Assembly: GCA_963748625.1 (NCBI GenBank)
Contig: CAVVJT010000010.1
Location: 224,001-288,000, forward strand
Reading direction: 5' to 3'
Origin: an uncultured Chloroflexia bacterium
Lineage (GTDB): Bacteria; Chloroflexota; Limnocylindria; Limnocylindrales; CSP1-4
DNA: 64,000 nucleotides
The position numbers were made by a program, and so were the translations under genes. Below the pieces are notes generated by a model. It worked only from the letters and a program-made list of their open reading frames with translations. It was not told the DNA's origin and ran no database searches. This document shows positions 9,235 to 23,848 of the stretch, piece after piece (within the stretch, counting starts at the first letter, position 1; every line of letters starts with the position of its first letter).

Positions 9235-10239
9235 TCAGCCGAGCCGCGCGATGATGGCGTCAGCGAATTCCCGGGTACCTGCGGGGCCGCCGAGGTCGTA
9301 GGTGGTCGCCTTGCCCTCCGCGATGACCTCCCGCAGGGCGGTTTCCACGCGGACGGCGGCCTCCTGCTCGCCAAGGTGGCGGAGCATCAGCACGCCCGAG
9401 AGGAGCAGCGCCGTGGGATTGGCCTTGTTCTGGCCGGCGTACTTGGGCGCCGAACCGTGCACCGGCTCGAAGACGGACGCGTCGGTGCCGATATTGGCGC
9501 CCGGGGCGACGCCCAGGCCGCCGACGAGGCCCGCGCACAGGTCGCTCACGATGTCGCCGTACAGGTTGGGCAGGACCATCACGTCGTACAGCTCTGGCTT
9601 CTGCACCAGCTGCATGCACATGTTGTCGACGATGCGGTCCTCGAACTCGACGCGGCCCTCGTAGTCGGCAGCGACGGTCCGGCAGCTCTCCAGGAACAGG
9701 CCGTCCGAGAGCTTCATGATGTTGGCCTTGTGGACCGCGGTCACCTTCTTGCGGTCGTTCGCAACCGCGTACTCGAAGGCGAAGCGGGCGATCCGCTCGG
9801 AGGCGGCGCGCGTGATGATCTTGATGCTCTCGGCGGCGTCCTTGCCCACCATGTGCTCGATGCCGGCGTAGAGGTCTTCCGTGTTCTCGCGCACGATCAC
9901 GAGATCCACGTCCTCGTAGCGGGTCACGAGCCCCTTGATCGACCGCGCTGGGCGGAGGTTCGCGTACAGGCCCAGCACCTGGCGGAGGGTCACGTTGACG
10001 CTGCGGAAGCCCGATCCGACCGGCGTGGTGATGGGACCCTTGAGGGCCACCTTGTTGCGCCGGATGGACTCGAGCACGTGGTCCGGGAGCGGCGTCCCGT
10101 ACTGGGCCATGACGCCTTCACCGGCGTCTTGGACCTCCCACTCGAACGCGACGCCCGAGGCGTCCAGGACACGACGGGTCGCGTCGGCGAGCTCCGGCCC
10201 GATGCCGTCGCCGGGGATGAGGGTGACTCGGTAAGGCAT
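9235..10239 (-). CDS. icd: Isocitrate/isopropylmalate dehydrogenase family, probably NAD-dependent isocitrate dehydrogenase
   Basis: [39 protein letters not shown]; TCA-cycle gene context. Confidence 0.88.
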   Translation of the reverse strand: MPYRVTLIPGDGIGPELADATRRVLDASGVAFEWEVQDAGEGVMAQYGTPLPDHVLESIRRNKVALKGPITTPVGSGFRSVNVTLRQVLGLYANLRPARSIKGLVTRYEDVDLVIVRENTEDLYAGIEHMVGKDAAESIKIITRAASERIARFAFEYAVANDRKKVTAVHKANIMKLSDGLFLESCRTVAADYEGRVEFEDRIVDNMCMQLVQKPELYDVMVLPNLYGDIVSDLCAGLVGGLGVAPGANIGTDASVFEPVHGSAPKYAGQNKANPTALLLSGVLMLRHLGEQEAAVRVETALREVIAEGKATTYDLGGPAGTREFADAIIARLG

Positions 10240-10475
10240 GGGGCCATTCTACGCGCGACCTTTGGCCCCGGATGGGCAGGACGGCCCCACTTCCGTGCGT
10301 GCCGGACGGCGTGCCAAGGGGGGCCATCCGGCCATACCGGCGCCCTGTCCGGGAGCGCATAAGGAGGTTGTCCATGCCGCTCGGGCATGCGCCGCGGGGG
10401 TGGCCATCGGTCCGTTCGCGTCGCCGCGTCCCAATTCCGCGCGCGTTGCCGCACCCGTGCACGAGGGAACGGTTG

Positions 10476-11279
10476 ATGCTCCGATTGCGCGCCCCGCTGG
10501 GGCTCCTTCTCGCCGCCACGCTTGTCGCCGCCTGCGGTGGGAGCTCGACCCCTGCAGCCACGTCCAGCAGTGGGGGTGGCACGGCCGCCACCGTGGCGCC
10601 GGCCGCCACCGACGGCTCGGGCGGTGGCTCGAGCGGATCCACGGGCGGCGAGATCGATCTCGGCGGCGCGGTGTCCGCGCTCGAGGACCTGGACAACTTC
10701 GCCTTCCGGATGGAGATGAAGGCGACCGGCAGCTCAGAGTTCATCATGGTCCCCAAGGAGGGCGCCCTCGTCATGGAGGGCACCGTGATCCTCAAGCCCG
10801 AGGCCGCGGTGGACATCACGATGACCACCATCGAGAACGGGGCGAGCCCGGCCGCGCTGGGGGTCCGGATCGTGGACGGGATGAGCTACGTGAACATGGG
10901 GGGCGAGCAGTGGATGGGCTCGCCAGTAGAGGACATGGAGAAGGAGATCGCCTCCTACCGGCCCGAGACCCTGCTGGGCGGGTTCTCGAGCGTCAGCGGC
11001 CTGACCGCGGTGGGCGACGAGGACAAGAACGGCGTCGCGACCACGCACTATCGGGGCGAGGACACGACGGGGATGGCCAGCATGTTCGGGCTCCCGGACG
11101 GCGCCTGGGTCACCGACGTCTGGATCGCGAAGGACGGCGGCTTCGTGGTATCGGAGAGCGTCACGGCGTCGGCGAAGGCAGGCGATGCCGATGGGACCTT
11201 CACGATGACCATCGACCTGACGCAGGCGAACGATCCCTCCCTCACGGTTGAGAAGCCCGACAACGTGATGGAGCTCTAG
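10476..11279 (+). CDS. Lipoprotein (LppX/LprG-like beta-rich fold possible)
   Basis: Lipobox LVAAC, Ser/Gly linker, NGVATTHY and VWIAKDG patterns. Confidence 0.7.
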   Translation: MLRLRAPLGLLLAATLVAACGGSSTPAATSSSGGGTAATVAPAATDGSGGGSSGSTGGEIDLGGAVSALEDLDNFAFRMEMKATGSSEFIMVPKEGALVMEGTVILKPEAAVDITMTTIENGASPAALGVRIVDGMSYVNMGGEQWMGSPVEDMEKEIASYRPETLLGGFSSVSGLTAVGDEDKNGVATTHYRGEDTTGMASMFGLPDGAWVTDVWIAKDGGFVVSESVTASAKAGDADGTFTMTIDLTQANDPSLTVEKPDNVMEL

Positions 11280-11457
11280 CCAGCGCAGCGCTGCTGACAC
11301 CCTCGCTGCCCGAACGCCGGCGGTCCGCCCGCCGGCGTTCCCATGGCGGGCCGGTCGGCTTGCCGCCAGGGCGGCCACAAGGTCCGGGGCATCTCGCGCC
11401 CGCGGGCTATGATCGGGTTCTCGCCATCGCCTGCCCTCCGGAGGTCTCGCCCGTCGC

Positions 11458-12638
<1,181 letters not shown>

Positions 12639-12642
<4 letters not shown>

Positions 12643-13523
12643 GCATCCTGATCGGACGCGACACGCGTCTCGTCGTCCAGGGCATCACCGGGCGCGAGGG
12701 CGAGTTCCACAGCCGGGCGATGCTGGAGTACGGCACGCCGCTCGTCGCGGGCGTGACCCCGGGCAAGGGCGGCCAGTCCGCGATCGACGGCCGTGTCCGC
12801 GTGTTCAACACCGTCGCCGAGGCCGTGGCCCAGACCGGCGCCAACACGTCCTGCATCTTCGTCCCCGCGGGCGGTGCACCGGATGCCGTGCTGGAGTCGG
12901 TGGCCGCAGGGATCAGGACGATCTTCTGCATCACCGAGGGCATTCCCGCCCTGGACATGATCCCGGTGGTCGAGGAGGTCCGCCGGGCGGGCGCCCGGCT
13001 GATCGGCCCCAACTGCCCCGGCGCAACGAGCCCCGGGCGTGCCAAGGTCGGCATCATCCCGGGCTCCATCCACCGCGAGGGTCGCGTGGGCGTCGTGTCG
13101 CGCTCGGGCACCCTGACCTACGAGGCGGTCCAGGCGATGACCGACGCCGGCCTCGGCCAGTCCACGTGCGTGGGCATCGGCGGCGATCCGGTGATCGGGA
13201 CCCAGCACATCGACGTCCTCAAGCTGTTCGCCGAGGACCCCGAGACCGAAGCCCTCGTGCTGATCGGCGAGATCGGAGGGTCGGCGGAGGAGGAGGCTGC
13301 CGCCTGGGCGGCCGAGCACATGGCCGACATTCCCAGGGTCGCATTCATCGCCGGCCGAACCGCCCCCGAGGGGAAGCGGATGGGCCACGCGGGCGCGATC
13401 ATCTCCGGCGGCAAGGGCACGGCGGCGTCCAAGGTGACCGCGCTCGAGGCAGCGGGGTTCCGCGTCGCCGCCTCGCCGACGGAGCTCCCCGCGCTCCTGC
13501 GCGAGGCGGGCTACAAGGGCTAG
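12639..13523 (+). CDS. sucD: Succinyl-CoA ligase alpha subunit
   Basis: QGITG, GPNCPG, SRSGTL, MGHAGA. Confidence 0.97.
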
Positions 13524-13622
13524 TTCCCGCGCGGGCTCGGGCGTGATTACAATGGCGCGCCACGAGCCCGCGAGACCCAGGGTTGCGCGGCCAGGGGAAG
13601 GAGGAGCGGCGCTTCGGCGCCT

Positions 13623-14093
13623 ATGGGCAGTCTGATGGACCTCGTTGCGGGTGACGCCCGCGACATCGTCCTCGCGCTCGCGATCGACGACGTGACGGCC
13701 TTTGACGACCGCGACCGGTTCGTCGCCCACCTGCCGCTCGGCGGTGGCCTGGACCCCACGTGGCTCGATCTCTTCTCCGAGGCCGTGCGCTCCGTGACCG
13801 AGAGCCCCGATCCGGCCGACTTCCTCGATGCGCGCACGGAGCTCGACGGTGCCCGCGCGTCCGTGGAGCGGATCATCGACCGGGTCGACGCTGAATGGAT
13901 CGAGTCGGTGGGCCAGGTGCCTGACGACCTGCTCGGACCGCTCGCCGGCCGCTGGATCGAGCTGCTCGAGGAGGAGCTCGGGCTCCTGCCGCGCGAGGAG
14001 AAGCCCTGGATCCGGGACCTCGCCGGGCGCATCGTGGCGTTCTCGCGCGATGCAGCCGATGCGCGCGACGTCGTCTTCGCCTGGGCGTTCTAG
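13623..14093 (+). CDS. Hypothetical acidic protein
   Basis: 156-aa ORF with typical codon bias. Confidence 0.7.
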   Translation: MGSLMDLVAGDARDIVLALAIDDVTAFDDRDRFVAHLPLGGGLDPTWLDLFSEAVRSVTESPDPADFLDARTELDGARASVERIIDRVDAEWIESVGQVPDDLLGPLAGRWIELLEEELGLLPREEKPWIRDLAGRIVAFSRDAADARDVVFAWAF

Positions 14094-14173
14094 CGCGACA
14101 ACCGGCCGAGCGGCCTGCGGAAACCGAGAGATCGGCCCTGCTCGCGGCCGTTCCCGCGCGGCACGCTTGGGGC

Positions 14174-14848
14174 ATGACGACAGCCGCCCCCCTCCCCGCC
14201 CCCGCCGGCGACCCGTCGACCGGCCTGCCCGAGCCGACCCGCCCGCCCGACCCGGGTGCCCAGGCGTTCTTCAAGGTCCTGAACCGGTGGTTCATGGTGC
14301 CAGCGGTGCGCTCGGGACTCGGCGCGTGGGTGTCATGTCCGCTGGGCGGGTACATGGTGCTGCTGCGGGTGCGCGGCCGGAAGAGCGGCCTCGTCCGCGA
14401 GACGCCGCTCAACTACGTGATCCGGGACGGATCCGTGTGGGTGGCCGCGGGCTTCGGGCCCAAGACGGAGTGGTACCGCAACCTGCTCGCCGATCCCGAC
14501 GTGGAGATCGTGCTGCCGGGACGCGCGCCAATGGCCGCTACCGCGACCGAGATCCTGGCGCCTGCCGTCCGCGGGCGCGTGCTGCCGGCCATCATCCGGT
14601 CCACCATCGGACCGTCGCTCGCGGCCGGGCTCAACCCGCTCTCCGCCACCGACGAGGCCATCGCCGAGGAGATGGCCTGGGTGCCGCTGATCCGGCTCAC
14701 GCCCGTTGACGGCGTGATCGAGGCAGGCGGCGACGACCCCGGTGGGCGTGCCTGGATCTGGCGTCAGGCGCTAGCGATCGGCGCGACACTGGTTGTTGTC
14801 CGGCTCCTCGGCCGGGTCGCAGGAGGCGTCCTGCGCGCGGTCCGCTAG
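14174..14848 (+). CDS. Deazaflavin (F420)-dependent nitroreductase family protein
   Basis: GRKSG..RETPL and WYRNLLADP motifs. Confidence 0.85.
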   Translation: MTTAAPLPAPAGDPSTGLPEPTRPPDPGAQAFFKVLNRWFMVPAVRSGLGAWVSCPLGGYMVLLRVRGRKSGLVRETPLNYVIRDGSVWVAAGFGPKTEWYRNLLADPDVEIVLPGRAPMAATATEILAPAVRGRVLPAIIRSTIGPSLAAGLNPLSATDEAIAEEMAWVPLIRLTPVDGVIEAGGDDPGGRAWIWRQALAIGATLVVVRLLGRVAGGVLRAVR

Positions 14849-14896
14849 CGGGACGGCCGGGCCCCGCACGTGGATCGCGGGCCGGTGCCGCGTGCC

Positions 14897-15373
14897 TCAG
14901 TAGCCGAGCGAGGCCCAGCTCGGACCCCCCGGCGCCTCGATCAGCTCGACGAGGACCCCCTGGCAGCTGCGTGGGTGGAGGAAGGCCACCGGTCCCTCCG
15001 CCCCCTTGCGGGCGACGGTGTCGATCAGCTCGATGCCGTCGAGCTCGAACCGCATCAGCGCCTCGCTGATGTTGGCCACCTCGAAGCAGACGTGGTGGAA
15101 ACCCTCGCCCTTCTTCTCCAGGAAGCGGGCGACGCCGGTCGTGTCGTCAGTGGGCATGACCAGCTCCACCTTGACCTCGCCGACCGGCAGGAAGGCGATC
15201 GTGACGCGGTCGAACTCGATCGGGAGCACCAGCTCCACGGGAAGCCCGAGGGTGTCGCGCCAGAAGCCGAGCGCGGTATCGAGGTCACGGACGATGATCG
15301 CGACGTGATGGACCTTGCCGATCTTGCGGATCAGCTCCGGGACGCGACCGACGGAGGCAGTGGGATCGCTCAT
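14897..15373 (-). CDS. mce: Methylmalonyl-CoA epimerase
   Basis: HHVAI, GEGFHHVCF, FLHP...GVLVEL (VOC fold); operon context. Confidence 0.9.
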   Translation of the reverse strand: MSDPTASVGRVPELIRKIGKVHHVAIIVRDLDTALGFWRDTLGLPVELVLPIEFDRVTIAFLPVGEVKVELVMPTDDTTGVARFLEKKGEGFHHVCFEVANISEALMRFELDGIELIDTVARKGAEGPVAFLHPRSCQGVLVELIEAPGGPSWASLGY

Positions 15374-15387
15374 CAGGATGCTCCTCG

Positions 15388-17082
15388 TCAGACAGTGATC
15401 AGCTCGCGGTGGACGCCCCAGACGGAGCGCAGGCGGTCCGCGATCTCGCCGACCGTGGCATACGCGGCGACTGCTTCGATGACCGGCGCCATGAGGTTGC
15501 CGTCGCCCCGCGCGGCATCCTCGAGACGGCCCATGGCTGCCTCCCACGCCGCGGCGTCGCGGCCGGCGCGGACCCTGCGCAGGCTCTCCACCTGGAGCCG
15601 CTCCCCCTCCGGATCGATGCGCAGGAGCGGCGGCCGGGCAGCCTCCCCCTCGTCCCGGAACTTGTTGACGCCCACGACCACCTTGTCCCCCCGCTCGATC
15701 TCGCGCTGCACGCGATACGCGGACTCCTGGATCTGGCGCTGCTGGAAGCCGCCCTCGATGGCTGCGAGCGTTCCACCCATCGCGTCGATCTCGGCCAGGT
15801 ACGCGGTCGCCGCGGCCTCCAGCTCGTCCGTGAGCGACTCCACGAACCAGGATCCAGCGAGCGGGTCGGGCGTCTCGGTGACGCCTGCCTCGTGGGCGAT
15901 GATCTGCTGGGTCCGCAGGGCGAGGCGTGCCGACTCGACCGTCGGCAGGGCCAGGGCCTCATCCCGCGAGTTCGTGTGCAGGCTCTGCGTGCCCCCAAGG
16001 ACGGCCGCCAGCGCCTGCAGCGTGGTCCGGACGACGTTGTTGTCGATGGACTGGGCAGTCAGCGAGGAGCCTGCCGTCTGCGTGTGGAAGCGGCACATCA
16101 TGGACTTCGGGTTCTTCGCACCGAACCGCTCACGCATGATCCGGGCCCACATCCGGCGTGCCGCCCGGAACTTGGCCACCTCCTCGAACAGCTCCGACCA
16201 GGCGGCGAAGAAGAACGACAGCCGCGGCGCGAACTCGTCCACGTCCAGACCGCGGGCGAGCGCGGCCTCCACGTAGGCAATGCCGTCGGCCAGGGTGAAC
16301 GCAAGCTCCTGGGCCGCTGTCGCCCCGGCCTCCCGCATGTGGTAGCCGGAGATGCTGATGGTGTTCCACTTGGGCAGCTCGCGGCTGGCGAACTCGAAGA
16401 CGTCGGTCACCAGGCGCATCGACTGGCGGGGCGGATAGATCCAGGTGCCCCGGGCGACGTACTCCTTGAGGATGTCGTTCTGGGTCGTGCCGCTGACCGC
16501 GGAACGCGGTACCCCCTGCTTCTCTGCTGCGGCCACGTACATCGCAAGCAGGATGGGCGCCGTGGCATTGATGGTCATCGATGTGCTGACCTTGCCCAGT
16601 GGGATCCCTGCGAACAGGGTCTCCATGTCGGCCAGTGACGAGACCGGCACACCCACCCGGCCAACCTCGCCCTCTGCCTCCGGAGCGTCGGAGTCGTAGC
16701 CCATCTGCGTGGGCAGGTCGAAGGCGACGGAGAGGCCGGTCTGCCCCTGCTCGAGCAGGTAGCGGAAGCGCGCATTGGTCTCAGCGGCGGTCGCGAACCC
16801 CGCGTACTGGCGCATGGTCCAGAACCGCGAGCGGTACATCGTCGCCTGCACGCCACGCGTGAAGGGGTACTCGCCGGGCAGGCCGATGCTGGCATCGACG
16901 TCGCGGCCCGCAAGGTCCGCGGCGGTGTAGACGTCGTTGACGGGGATCTCCGACGTGGTCACGAATTCCTCGCGACGCTCGGCCGACGCAGCCACCGCCT
17001 TCGCCCGCGTCGTGGAGCGCCAGCGCTCCACGGCCGCTTCCGGCACCGCGTCGTCGCCCGACACCTTGTCCGCGTCGCTCAC
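15388..17082 (-). CDS. Methylmalonyl-CoA mutase, substrate-binding (large) subunit
   Basis: [31 protein letters not shown]; no B12-binding domain (split type). Confidence 0.93.
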   Translation of the reverse strand: MSDADKVSGDDAVPEAAVERWRSTTRAKAVAASAERREEFVTTSEIPVNDVYTAADLAGRDVDASIGLPGEYPFTRGVQATMYRSRFWTMRQYAGFATAAETNARFRYLLEQGQTGLSVAFDLPTQMGYDSDAPEAEGEVGRVGVPVSSLADMETLFAGIPLGKVSTSMTINATAPILLAMYVAAAEKQGVPRSAVSGTTQNDILKEYVARGTWIYPPRQSMRLVTDVFEFASRELPKWNTISISGYHMREAGATAAQELAFTLADGIAYVEAALARGLDVDEFAPRLSFFFAAWSELFEEVAKFRAARRMWARIMRERFGAKNPKSMMCRFHTQTAGSSLTAQSIDNNVVRTTLQALAAVLGGTQSLHTNSRDEALALPTVESARLALRTQQIIAHEAGVTETPDPLAGSWFVESLTDELEAAATAYLAEIDAMGGTLAAIEGGFQQRQIQESAYRVQREIERGDKVVVGVNKFRDEGEAARPPLLRIDPEGERLQVESLRRVRAGRDAAAWEAAMGRLEDAARGDGNLMAPVIEAVAAYATVGEIADRLRSVWGVHRELITV

Positions 17083-17093
17083 CAGGACCTCCG

Positions 17094-17770
17094 CTAGCTG
17101 ATGACCACGAGCAGGTCACCGATCTCGATATTGACCCCGACGGCCACCCCCACGCGCTCAATCGTGCCATCCCTCGGCGCCCTGAGCTCGTTCTGCATCT
17201 TCATGGCCTCGACCACCAGGAGCTGCTGGCCTGCTTCGACCTGGTCGCCAGGCTTCACCGACACCGCCACCACCTTGCCCGGGATGATGGCCTTGATCTG
17301 CAGCGGCCCCGCATGGCCTACCACCCCACGGCCTCGGGTCGCACGTTCCCGCAGCGCCGCGATGCGCTCGGACTCCGTGTCGACCGGGACGCGGAACCCG
17401 CCGACCAGGACCTCCCGTACCCGGGTCCCCCCTTCCCCGACCGTCTCAGCCTCAAGCACCACCCGGGTGGTCGCGCCGCCCGCCTTGAGCAGATGCCGAC
17501 CACCGCCGAGCGGGTGGAGCGCGACGTCTGCCTGCTCGCCGTCAACGATCACCTGTCTTTGCGCAAGGACAGCGGCGGCATCCTCGGACGCTGGGTGCAT
17601 GGCAGCCCCGCCGAGCAGGCCCGTGCCGACGGTCGGATTGGTCATCCGCAACGGCTCGGGAGCTGGCGCAATGCGGAGCTCCTCGCCGCCGCCGACGGCA
17701 TCGGCCAGGCGGACGCGGACGGACCTCGGGTCAACGGGTGCAGCGGCCCGGCTCTCCGGCGCGGGTCTGG

Positions 17771-17783
<13 letters not shown>
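17094..17783 (-). CDS. Biotin carboxyl carrier protein
   Basis: EAMKMQNE biotinylation motif. Confidence 0.9.
17555..17570. promoter_or_regulatory. parS-like palindrome copy 1 (gtctttgcgcaaggac)
   Basis: 16-bp near-palindrome, one of four related copies near parAB. Confidence 0.6.
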
Positions 17784-19345
<1,562 letters not shown>

Positions 19346-19365
19346 CGGTGGCTCCCCGGCAGGTC

Positions 19366-19381
19366 GTCTTTACGCAAAGAC
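19366..19381. promoter_or_regulatory. parS-like palindrome copy 2 (gtctttacgcaaagac)
   Basis: Intergenic; identical to 20980-20995. Confidence 0.65.
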
Positions 19382-19393
19382 AGGAGGCCGTGG

Positions 19394-20947
19394 TCAGAGC
19401 GGGATGTTGCCATGCTTCTTCCGGGGATTCGTGTCCTGCTTGTCGGCCAGCACCTCGAGTGCGCGGATGATCCGTGGCCGGGTCTCGCGCGGAAGGATGA
19501 CCTCGTCGATGTAACCGCGCGCCGCAGCGATGTACGGATTGGAGAACTCCTCCTCGTACGCCGCGACCAGGCGCTTGCGCTCCTCAACGGGATCCGCGGC
19601 GTCGGAGATGGCGTCGCGGAAGATGATGTTGACCGCGCCCTCTGCACCCATGACCGCGATCTCCGCCGTGGGCCATGCGAAGTTCATGTCACCGCGAATG
19701 TGCTTGCTGCTCATGACGTCATACGCGCCGCCGTACGCCTTGCGCGTGATGACGGTGACCTTCGGGACGGTGGCCTCGCAATAGGCGTAGAGCAGCTTCG
19801 CGCCGTGCTTGATGATTCCGCCGAGCTCCTGTGCGACGCCCGGCAGGAACCCCGGAACGTCCACGAAGGTCACGATCGGGACATTGAAGGCATCGCACGT
19901 CCGGACGAAACGCGCAGCCTTGACCGACGCGTCGATGTCCAGCGCGCCGGCAAGCACCGCCGGCTGCTGCGCAACGATTCCCACCGAGCGCCCGCCAAGG
20001 CGCGCGAAGCCGATGAGGATGTTGGCGCCCCATGCCGGCTGGATCTCGAAGAAGTCGCCGTCATCCACGATCCGTCGCAGGACGTCATGCATGTCGTACG
20101 GCTTCTGCGGCTCATCGGGCACGACCGCGTCCAGCTCCGCGTCCATCCGGTCCGCGGGGTCGGACGTCGCGACCATCGGCGGATCGGCGAGATTGTTCTG
20201 GGGCAGATGGGCGAGGAGTCGGCGCACATGCTCCATCGCCTCTGCCTCGTCATGGGCTGCGAGGTGGGCGACGCCCGTACGTCCGGTGTGGACCCCCGCA
20301 CCACCCAGTGACTCGGCGTCCACATCCTCGTGGGTCACGGCCTTCACGACATTCGGTCCGGTGACGAACATGTAGCTCGTGCCCTGCACCATCACGGTGA
20401 AGTCCGTCATGACGGGCGAGTACACGGCCCCACCTGCGCACGGTCCAAGAATCACCGAGATCTGCGGCACGACGCCCGACGCGAGGACATTGCGCAGGAA
20501 GATCTCGGCGTACCCGCCGAGCGAAGCGACACCCTCCTGGATTCGGGCGCCGCCGGAGTCGTTGAGGCCGATGACCGGAGCGCCCACCTTCATCGCAAGA
20601 TCCATCACCTTGCAGATCTTCTCGGCGTACGCCTCTGAGAGCGATCCGCCGAAGACCGTGAAGTCCTGGCTGAAGACGAAGACGAGCCGGCCGTCAACCG
20701 TCCCATGGCCGGTGATGACGCCGTCGCCGAGGAAGTGCTGCCGGTCAAGGCCGAAGGCTGTGACGCGATGGGTGACAAACGCATCCATCTCGACGAACGA
20801 CCCTGGATCGAGAAGGAGATCGAGACGTTCGCGCGCCGTCAGCTTTCCCCATCCGTGCTGCCGTTCGACTCGAACCGGTCCCCCGCCCTGGAGGGCCTCG
20901 GCCCGCAGCCGCTCGAGGCGCGCGATCCGTTCCGCGTTCGTCGTCAC
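19394..20947 (-). CDS. pccB: Acyl-CoA (propionyl-CoA) carboxylase carboxyltransferase subunit
   Basis: [33 protein letters not shown]. Confidence 0.93.
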   Translation of the reverse strand: MTTNAERIARLERLRAEALQGGGPVRVERQHGWGKLTARERLDLLLDPGSFVEMDAFVTHRVTAFGLDRQHFLGDGVITGHGTVDGRLVFVFSQDFTVFGGSLSEAYAEKICKVMDLAMKVGAPVIGLNDSGGARIQEGVASLGGYAEIFLRNVLASGVVPQISVILGPCAGGAVYSPVMTDFTVMVQGTSYMFVTGPNVVKAVTHEDVDAESLGGAGVHTGRTGVAHLAAHDEAEAMEHVRRLLAHLPQNNLADPPMVATSDPADRMDAELDAVVPDEPQKPYDMHDVLRRIVDDGDFFEIQPAWGANILIGFARLGGRSVGIVAQQPAVLAGALDIDASVKAARFVRTCDAFNVPIVTFVDVPGFLPGVAQELGGIIKHGAKLLYAYCEATVPKVTVITRKAYGGAYDVMSSKHIRGDMNFAWPTAEIAVMGAEGAVNIIFRDAISDAADPVEERKRLVAAYEEEFSNPYIAAARGYIDEVILPRETRPRIIRALEVLADKQDTNPRKKHGNIPL

Positions 20948-20979
20948 GTGCGGCGCTCCTTCGGGCCATCGGGCAGTCC

Positions 20980-20995
20980 GTCTTTACGCAAAGAC
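20980..20995. promoter_or_regulatory. parS-like palindrome copy 3 (gtctttacgcaaagac)
   Basis: Intergenic, upstream of parA. Confidence 0.65.
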
Positions 20996-21104
20996 GTGGG
21001 GACTGCGCAGATCATAGGCCTCGGAGCGCGCGACTGCGGGCGCCATCGTGTGAGTGGGGTGTTTCCGGCGGGTTGCCAGACTGCCAACCTTGCGTGCGCG
21101 TGGG

Positions 21105-21152
21105 CGTGGATATCCACAGAACGGTGCACAAGTCCCCTCGGATGTGGACAAC
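21105..21152. promoter_or_regulatory. Cluster of DnaA-box-like 9-mers
   Basis: atatccaca, tgtggacaa (reverse complement TTGTCCACA), ggtgcacaa and cgtggatat upstream of parA. Confidence 0.5.
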
Positions 21153-21237
21153 CTCGGACGCGGATCATCGCGGCGCGGTAGCATGCGACGAACTCCAGTC
21201 GCCATTCCGGTGGCCATACCAGCGCTCATCCGAGGTG

Positions 21238-22014
21238 ATGCCCTTGACGCACGTGATCGCGATCGCCAACCAGAAGGGTGGCGTCGGCAAGACGACGACC
21301 GCCATCAACCTGGCGGGCGCACTCGCCGAGACGGGCCTGCGCGTCCTGCTTGTGGACATGGATCCGCAGGCGAATCTCACGGCGGGCGTCGGCATCAACC
21401 TCAACACGATCCAGCGCTCGATGGCCGATGTGCTCGCGGACGGCCGCTGCACCCTGGAGGAGGCCATCCTTCCCACCGAGACCGCGGGCATCGACGTCGC
21501 GCCCGCCCACATCGACCTGGCCAGTACGGAGGGCGAGCTCTTCACGGCGCTCGGACGCGAGGCGATCCTCCGGGAGGCGATGCGCGACACGATCGACTCG
21601 TACGACTACGTCCTGATCGACTGCCCGCCCAACCTCGGGCTGCTGACGGTGAACGGGCTCGTGTCCGCGGACAGCGTCATCATCCCGGTCCAGACGCAGT
21701 TCTACGCCATGAAGGGCCTGAACAACCTGGTGAAGGTCATCAACGCGATCCGGCTCAAGCTCAATCGCGACCTGCGCGTCCTGGGCCTGCTGCCCACCTT
21801 CTTCGACGGACGCACCAACCTCGCCAAGGACATGCTCGATGAGCTGCGCGTCGTCGGCGACCATCACGTCTTCAGCACGATCATCCGCACATCCGTGAAG
21901 CTCGGCGAGGCTCCCCTCGCCGGTCGACCCATCACCGCCTACGCGAGCGGCTCAGAGGCCGCTCGTACGTATCGCGAGCTCGCCAGGGAGGTGATCGATC
22001 TTGGCCAGGCCTGA
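21238..22014 (+). CDS. parA: ParA/Soj family ATPase
   Basis: [28 protein letters not shown] motifs. Confidence 0.95.
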   Translation: MPLTHVIAIANQKGGVGKTTTAINLAGALAETGLRVLLVDMDPQANLTAGVGINLNTIQRSMADVLADGRCTLEEAILPTETAGIDVAPAHIDLASTEGELFTALGREAILREAMRDTIDSYDYVLIDCPPNLGLLTVNGLVSADSVIIPVQTQFYAMKGLNNLVKVINAIRLKLNRDLRVLGLLPTFFDGRTNLAKDMLDELRVVGDHHVFSTIIRTSVKLGEAPLAGRPITAYASGSEAARTYRELAREVIDLGQA

Positions 22015-23026
22015 CTTCCGCGCCGCAGCCGCTCGCCGGCTATCGGAGGAGAAGGAGCTACCGCCCGCGATCGTCAGCCTCCTCTCGCCCGACTCGACCC
22101 ACCGCTCCACCGGCGTCAAGGTGATCCCCGTCGAGCGCATCGACTCCAATCCTGAGCAGCCGCGCCTCGCATTCGACGAGGCCACGCTCGAGGAGCTCGC
22201 TTCGAGCATCCGCGAGCATGGAGTACTTCAGCCGATCCTCGTCCGACCCGTCGATGGCGGACGCTACCAGTTGATCGCCGGCGAGCGACGCTGGCGCGCC
22301 AGCAAACTCGCCAGCATGCGAACCATCCCGGCGCTGGTCGAGGACATCGACGACGAGACCGCCATGGAGATCTCGATCATCGAGAACCTCCAGCGCGAGG
22401 ACATCTCCCCTCTCGATGAGGCGGCGATGTACGACCGGATGATCCGCGACCACGGGTACAGCATCCGCAAGCTTGCCGAGAAGCTCGGCAAGGACAAGGG
22501 CTACCTCGAGAACCGCCTGCGGCTGGCCGACGCGCCGCCCGAGGTTCGTGAACTCGTGTCTTTGCGCAAGGACACCCTGTCCCACGCCTACGAGCTCATG
22601 AAGGTCGAGGACCCCAAGAAGCGCCGCCGCCTGGCCGAACAGGTCGGCCGGGGCGAGCTCTCGCTGGTCAAGCTCCGGGAGCGGATCGAGGGCAGACGCA
22701 CCCGGGAGGCCCAGGAGGTCGACGAGCAGATCGAGGCGGCAGCGAAGGCAGATCCGGTCGCCGCCGTCGCGCCCTCACCTGCAGCCGAGGCCGGCTGGAC
22801 GCAGCACACCGCCCCGGCCGATGACGTGAAGGACGACAGCCTCTACGTTGCCAAGCAGCAGCTCAATGAGGCGGTCGAGGAGATGCTCGAGGTGATCCGC
22901 AACCCTGAGCTGCTCTCGACGATCGGGAACGTGGACCGCACGAACCTGGCCAAGTACCTCACGATCGCGAAGCTCCGCCTGGAGAACGCGATCGCCGTGG
23001 TCCGCAGCGGGGATCCAGACCGCTAG
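22001..23026 (+). CDS. parB: ParB/Spo0J family CTPase
   Basis: [27 protein letters not shown] and HTH region. Confidence 0.93.
   Translation: MARPDFRAAAARRLSEEKELPPAIVSLLSPDSTHRSTGVKVIPVERIDSNPEQPRLAFDEATLEELASSIREHGVLQPILVRPVDGGRYQLIAGERRWRASKLASMRTIPALVEDIDDETAMEISIIENLQREDISPLDEAAMYDRMIRDHGYSIRKLAEKLGKDKGYLENRLRLADAPPEVRELVSLRKDTLSHAYELMKVEDPKKRRRLAEQVGRGELSLVKLRERIEGRRTREAQEVDEQIEAAAKADPVAAVAPSPAAEAGWTQHTAPADDVKDDSLYVAKQQLNEAVEEMLEVIRNPELLSTIGNVDRTNLAKYLTIAKLRLENAIAVVRSGDPDR
22558..22573. promoter_or_regulatory. parS-like palindrome copy 4, inside parB
   Basis: gtgtctttgcgcaaggacac encodes VSLRKDT; 16-bp core identical to copy 1. Confidence 0.6.
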
Positions 23027-23054
23027 GGAGCCCCCTCCCCCGCCCTTGCACGAC

Positions 23055-23081
23055 GAAGCCGGCGCCCATCGCGCCGGCTTC
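23055..23081. terminator. Hairpin between convergent genes
   Basis: gaagccggcgc-ccatc-gcgccggcttc. Confidence 0.55.
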
Positions 23082-23127
23082 GCTGCTGCTGTGGGGGCTG
23101 GCCGGGGTCCCGGCCGGACACCCGGTC

Positions 23128-23706
23128 CTATGGGCGGCCGCCCGACCGCTCGGCCTTCTTCGCTGCGGCCTTGGCCTTGGCCGCCTCGGACTTCGCCTTA
23201 CCCTCGGCCTTCTTGGCGGCCGCCTGCTCCTTGCCGGTGGCCTTCGCCTCATCGGGAGTCACGCCGCAGGCTTCCGGGGTGACCGTGGCCGGGTCGAAGG
23301 TCGCGGGATCCTCGATGTCCATCCGGGCGACGCAGGACACGAACTGTCCGTGGTTCTTGAAGCCCTCGGGCGTCTCGGCCTTGGCGGCGGAGGACACGAT
23401 CGCCCCGTGGGTGCCTGCCGGGTCGTCCGCATCCTCGTCGACATCGGGTGCCTCAGGGGCCTCAGGGGCCTCAGGGGCTTCAGAGGCCTCCGGGGCCTCG
23501 GGGGTGGCACCCTCATTGGCATCCTCGTCCCCGTCGTCCTCGGCGGGCGGGGTGGACGGATCGCCCGAGGACTCCTCCTGCGCCGGGGTCGGGGGTGCCG
23601 CGGTCGGCGAGAGGCTCGGGCCGGCCGCGAAGACCGCGCCAGCGGAGATTGCCAGGACGGCAAGTGCGATGCCCAGGCCGCGGAAGCGGCGGAGAAGATC
23701 GGTCAT
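23128..23706 (-). CDS. Secreted low-complexity hypothetical protein
   Basis: Signal peptide, APE repeats, NHGQFVS motif, Lys/Ala-rich tail. Confidence 0.7.
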   Translation of the reverse strand: MTDLLRRFRGLGIALAVLAISAGAVFAAGPSLSPTAAPPTPAQEESSGDPSTPPAEDDGDEDANEGATPEAPEASEAPEAPEAPEAPDVDEDADDPAGTHGAIVSSAAKAETPEGFKNHGQFVSCVARMDIEDPATFDPATVTPEACGVTPDEAKATGKEQAAAKKAEGKAKSEAAKAKAAAKKAERSGGRP

Positions 23707-23848
23707 GGGGGTGGGACCTCAGGTTCGTTCGTGGCGTTCATAGAGCATAACGATCGCCCACACGAAGCCGTTAGGGGTACATGGGTCCGGGGCGACCGAC
23801 CCGGCAGGGCTATGCGGGCGCGCACCACCCGCCGTGCGGGTCGACCGG

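Noticed and set aside
15388-17082. Truncated mutase pseudogene
   Set aside because: Split mutases with a separate B12-binding subunit are well known, and the ORF ends normally
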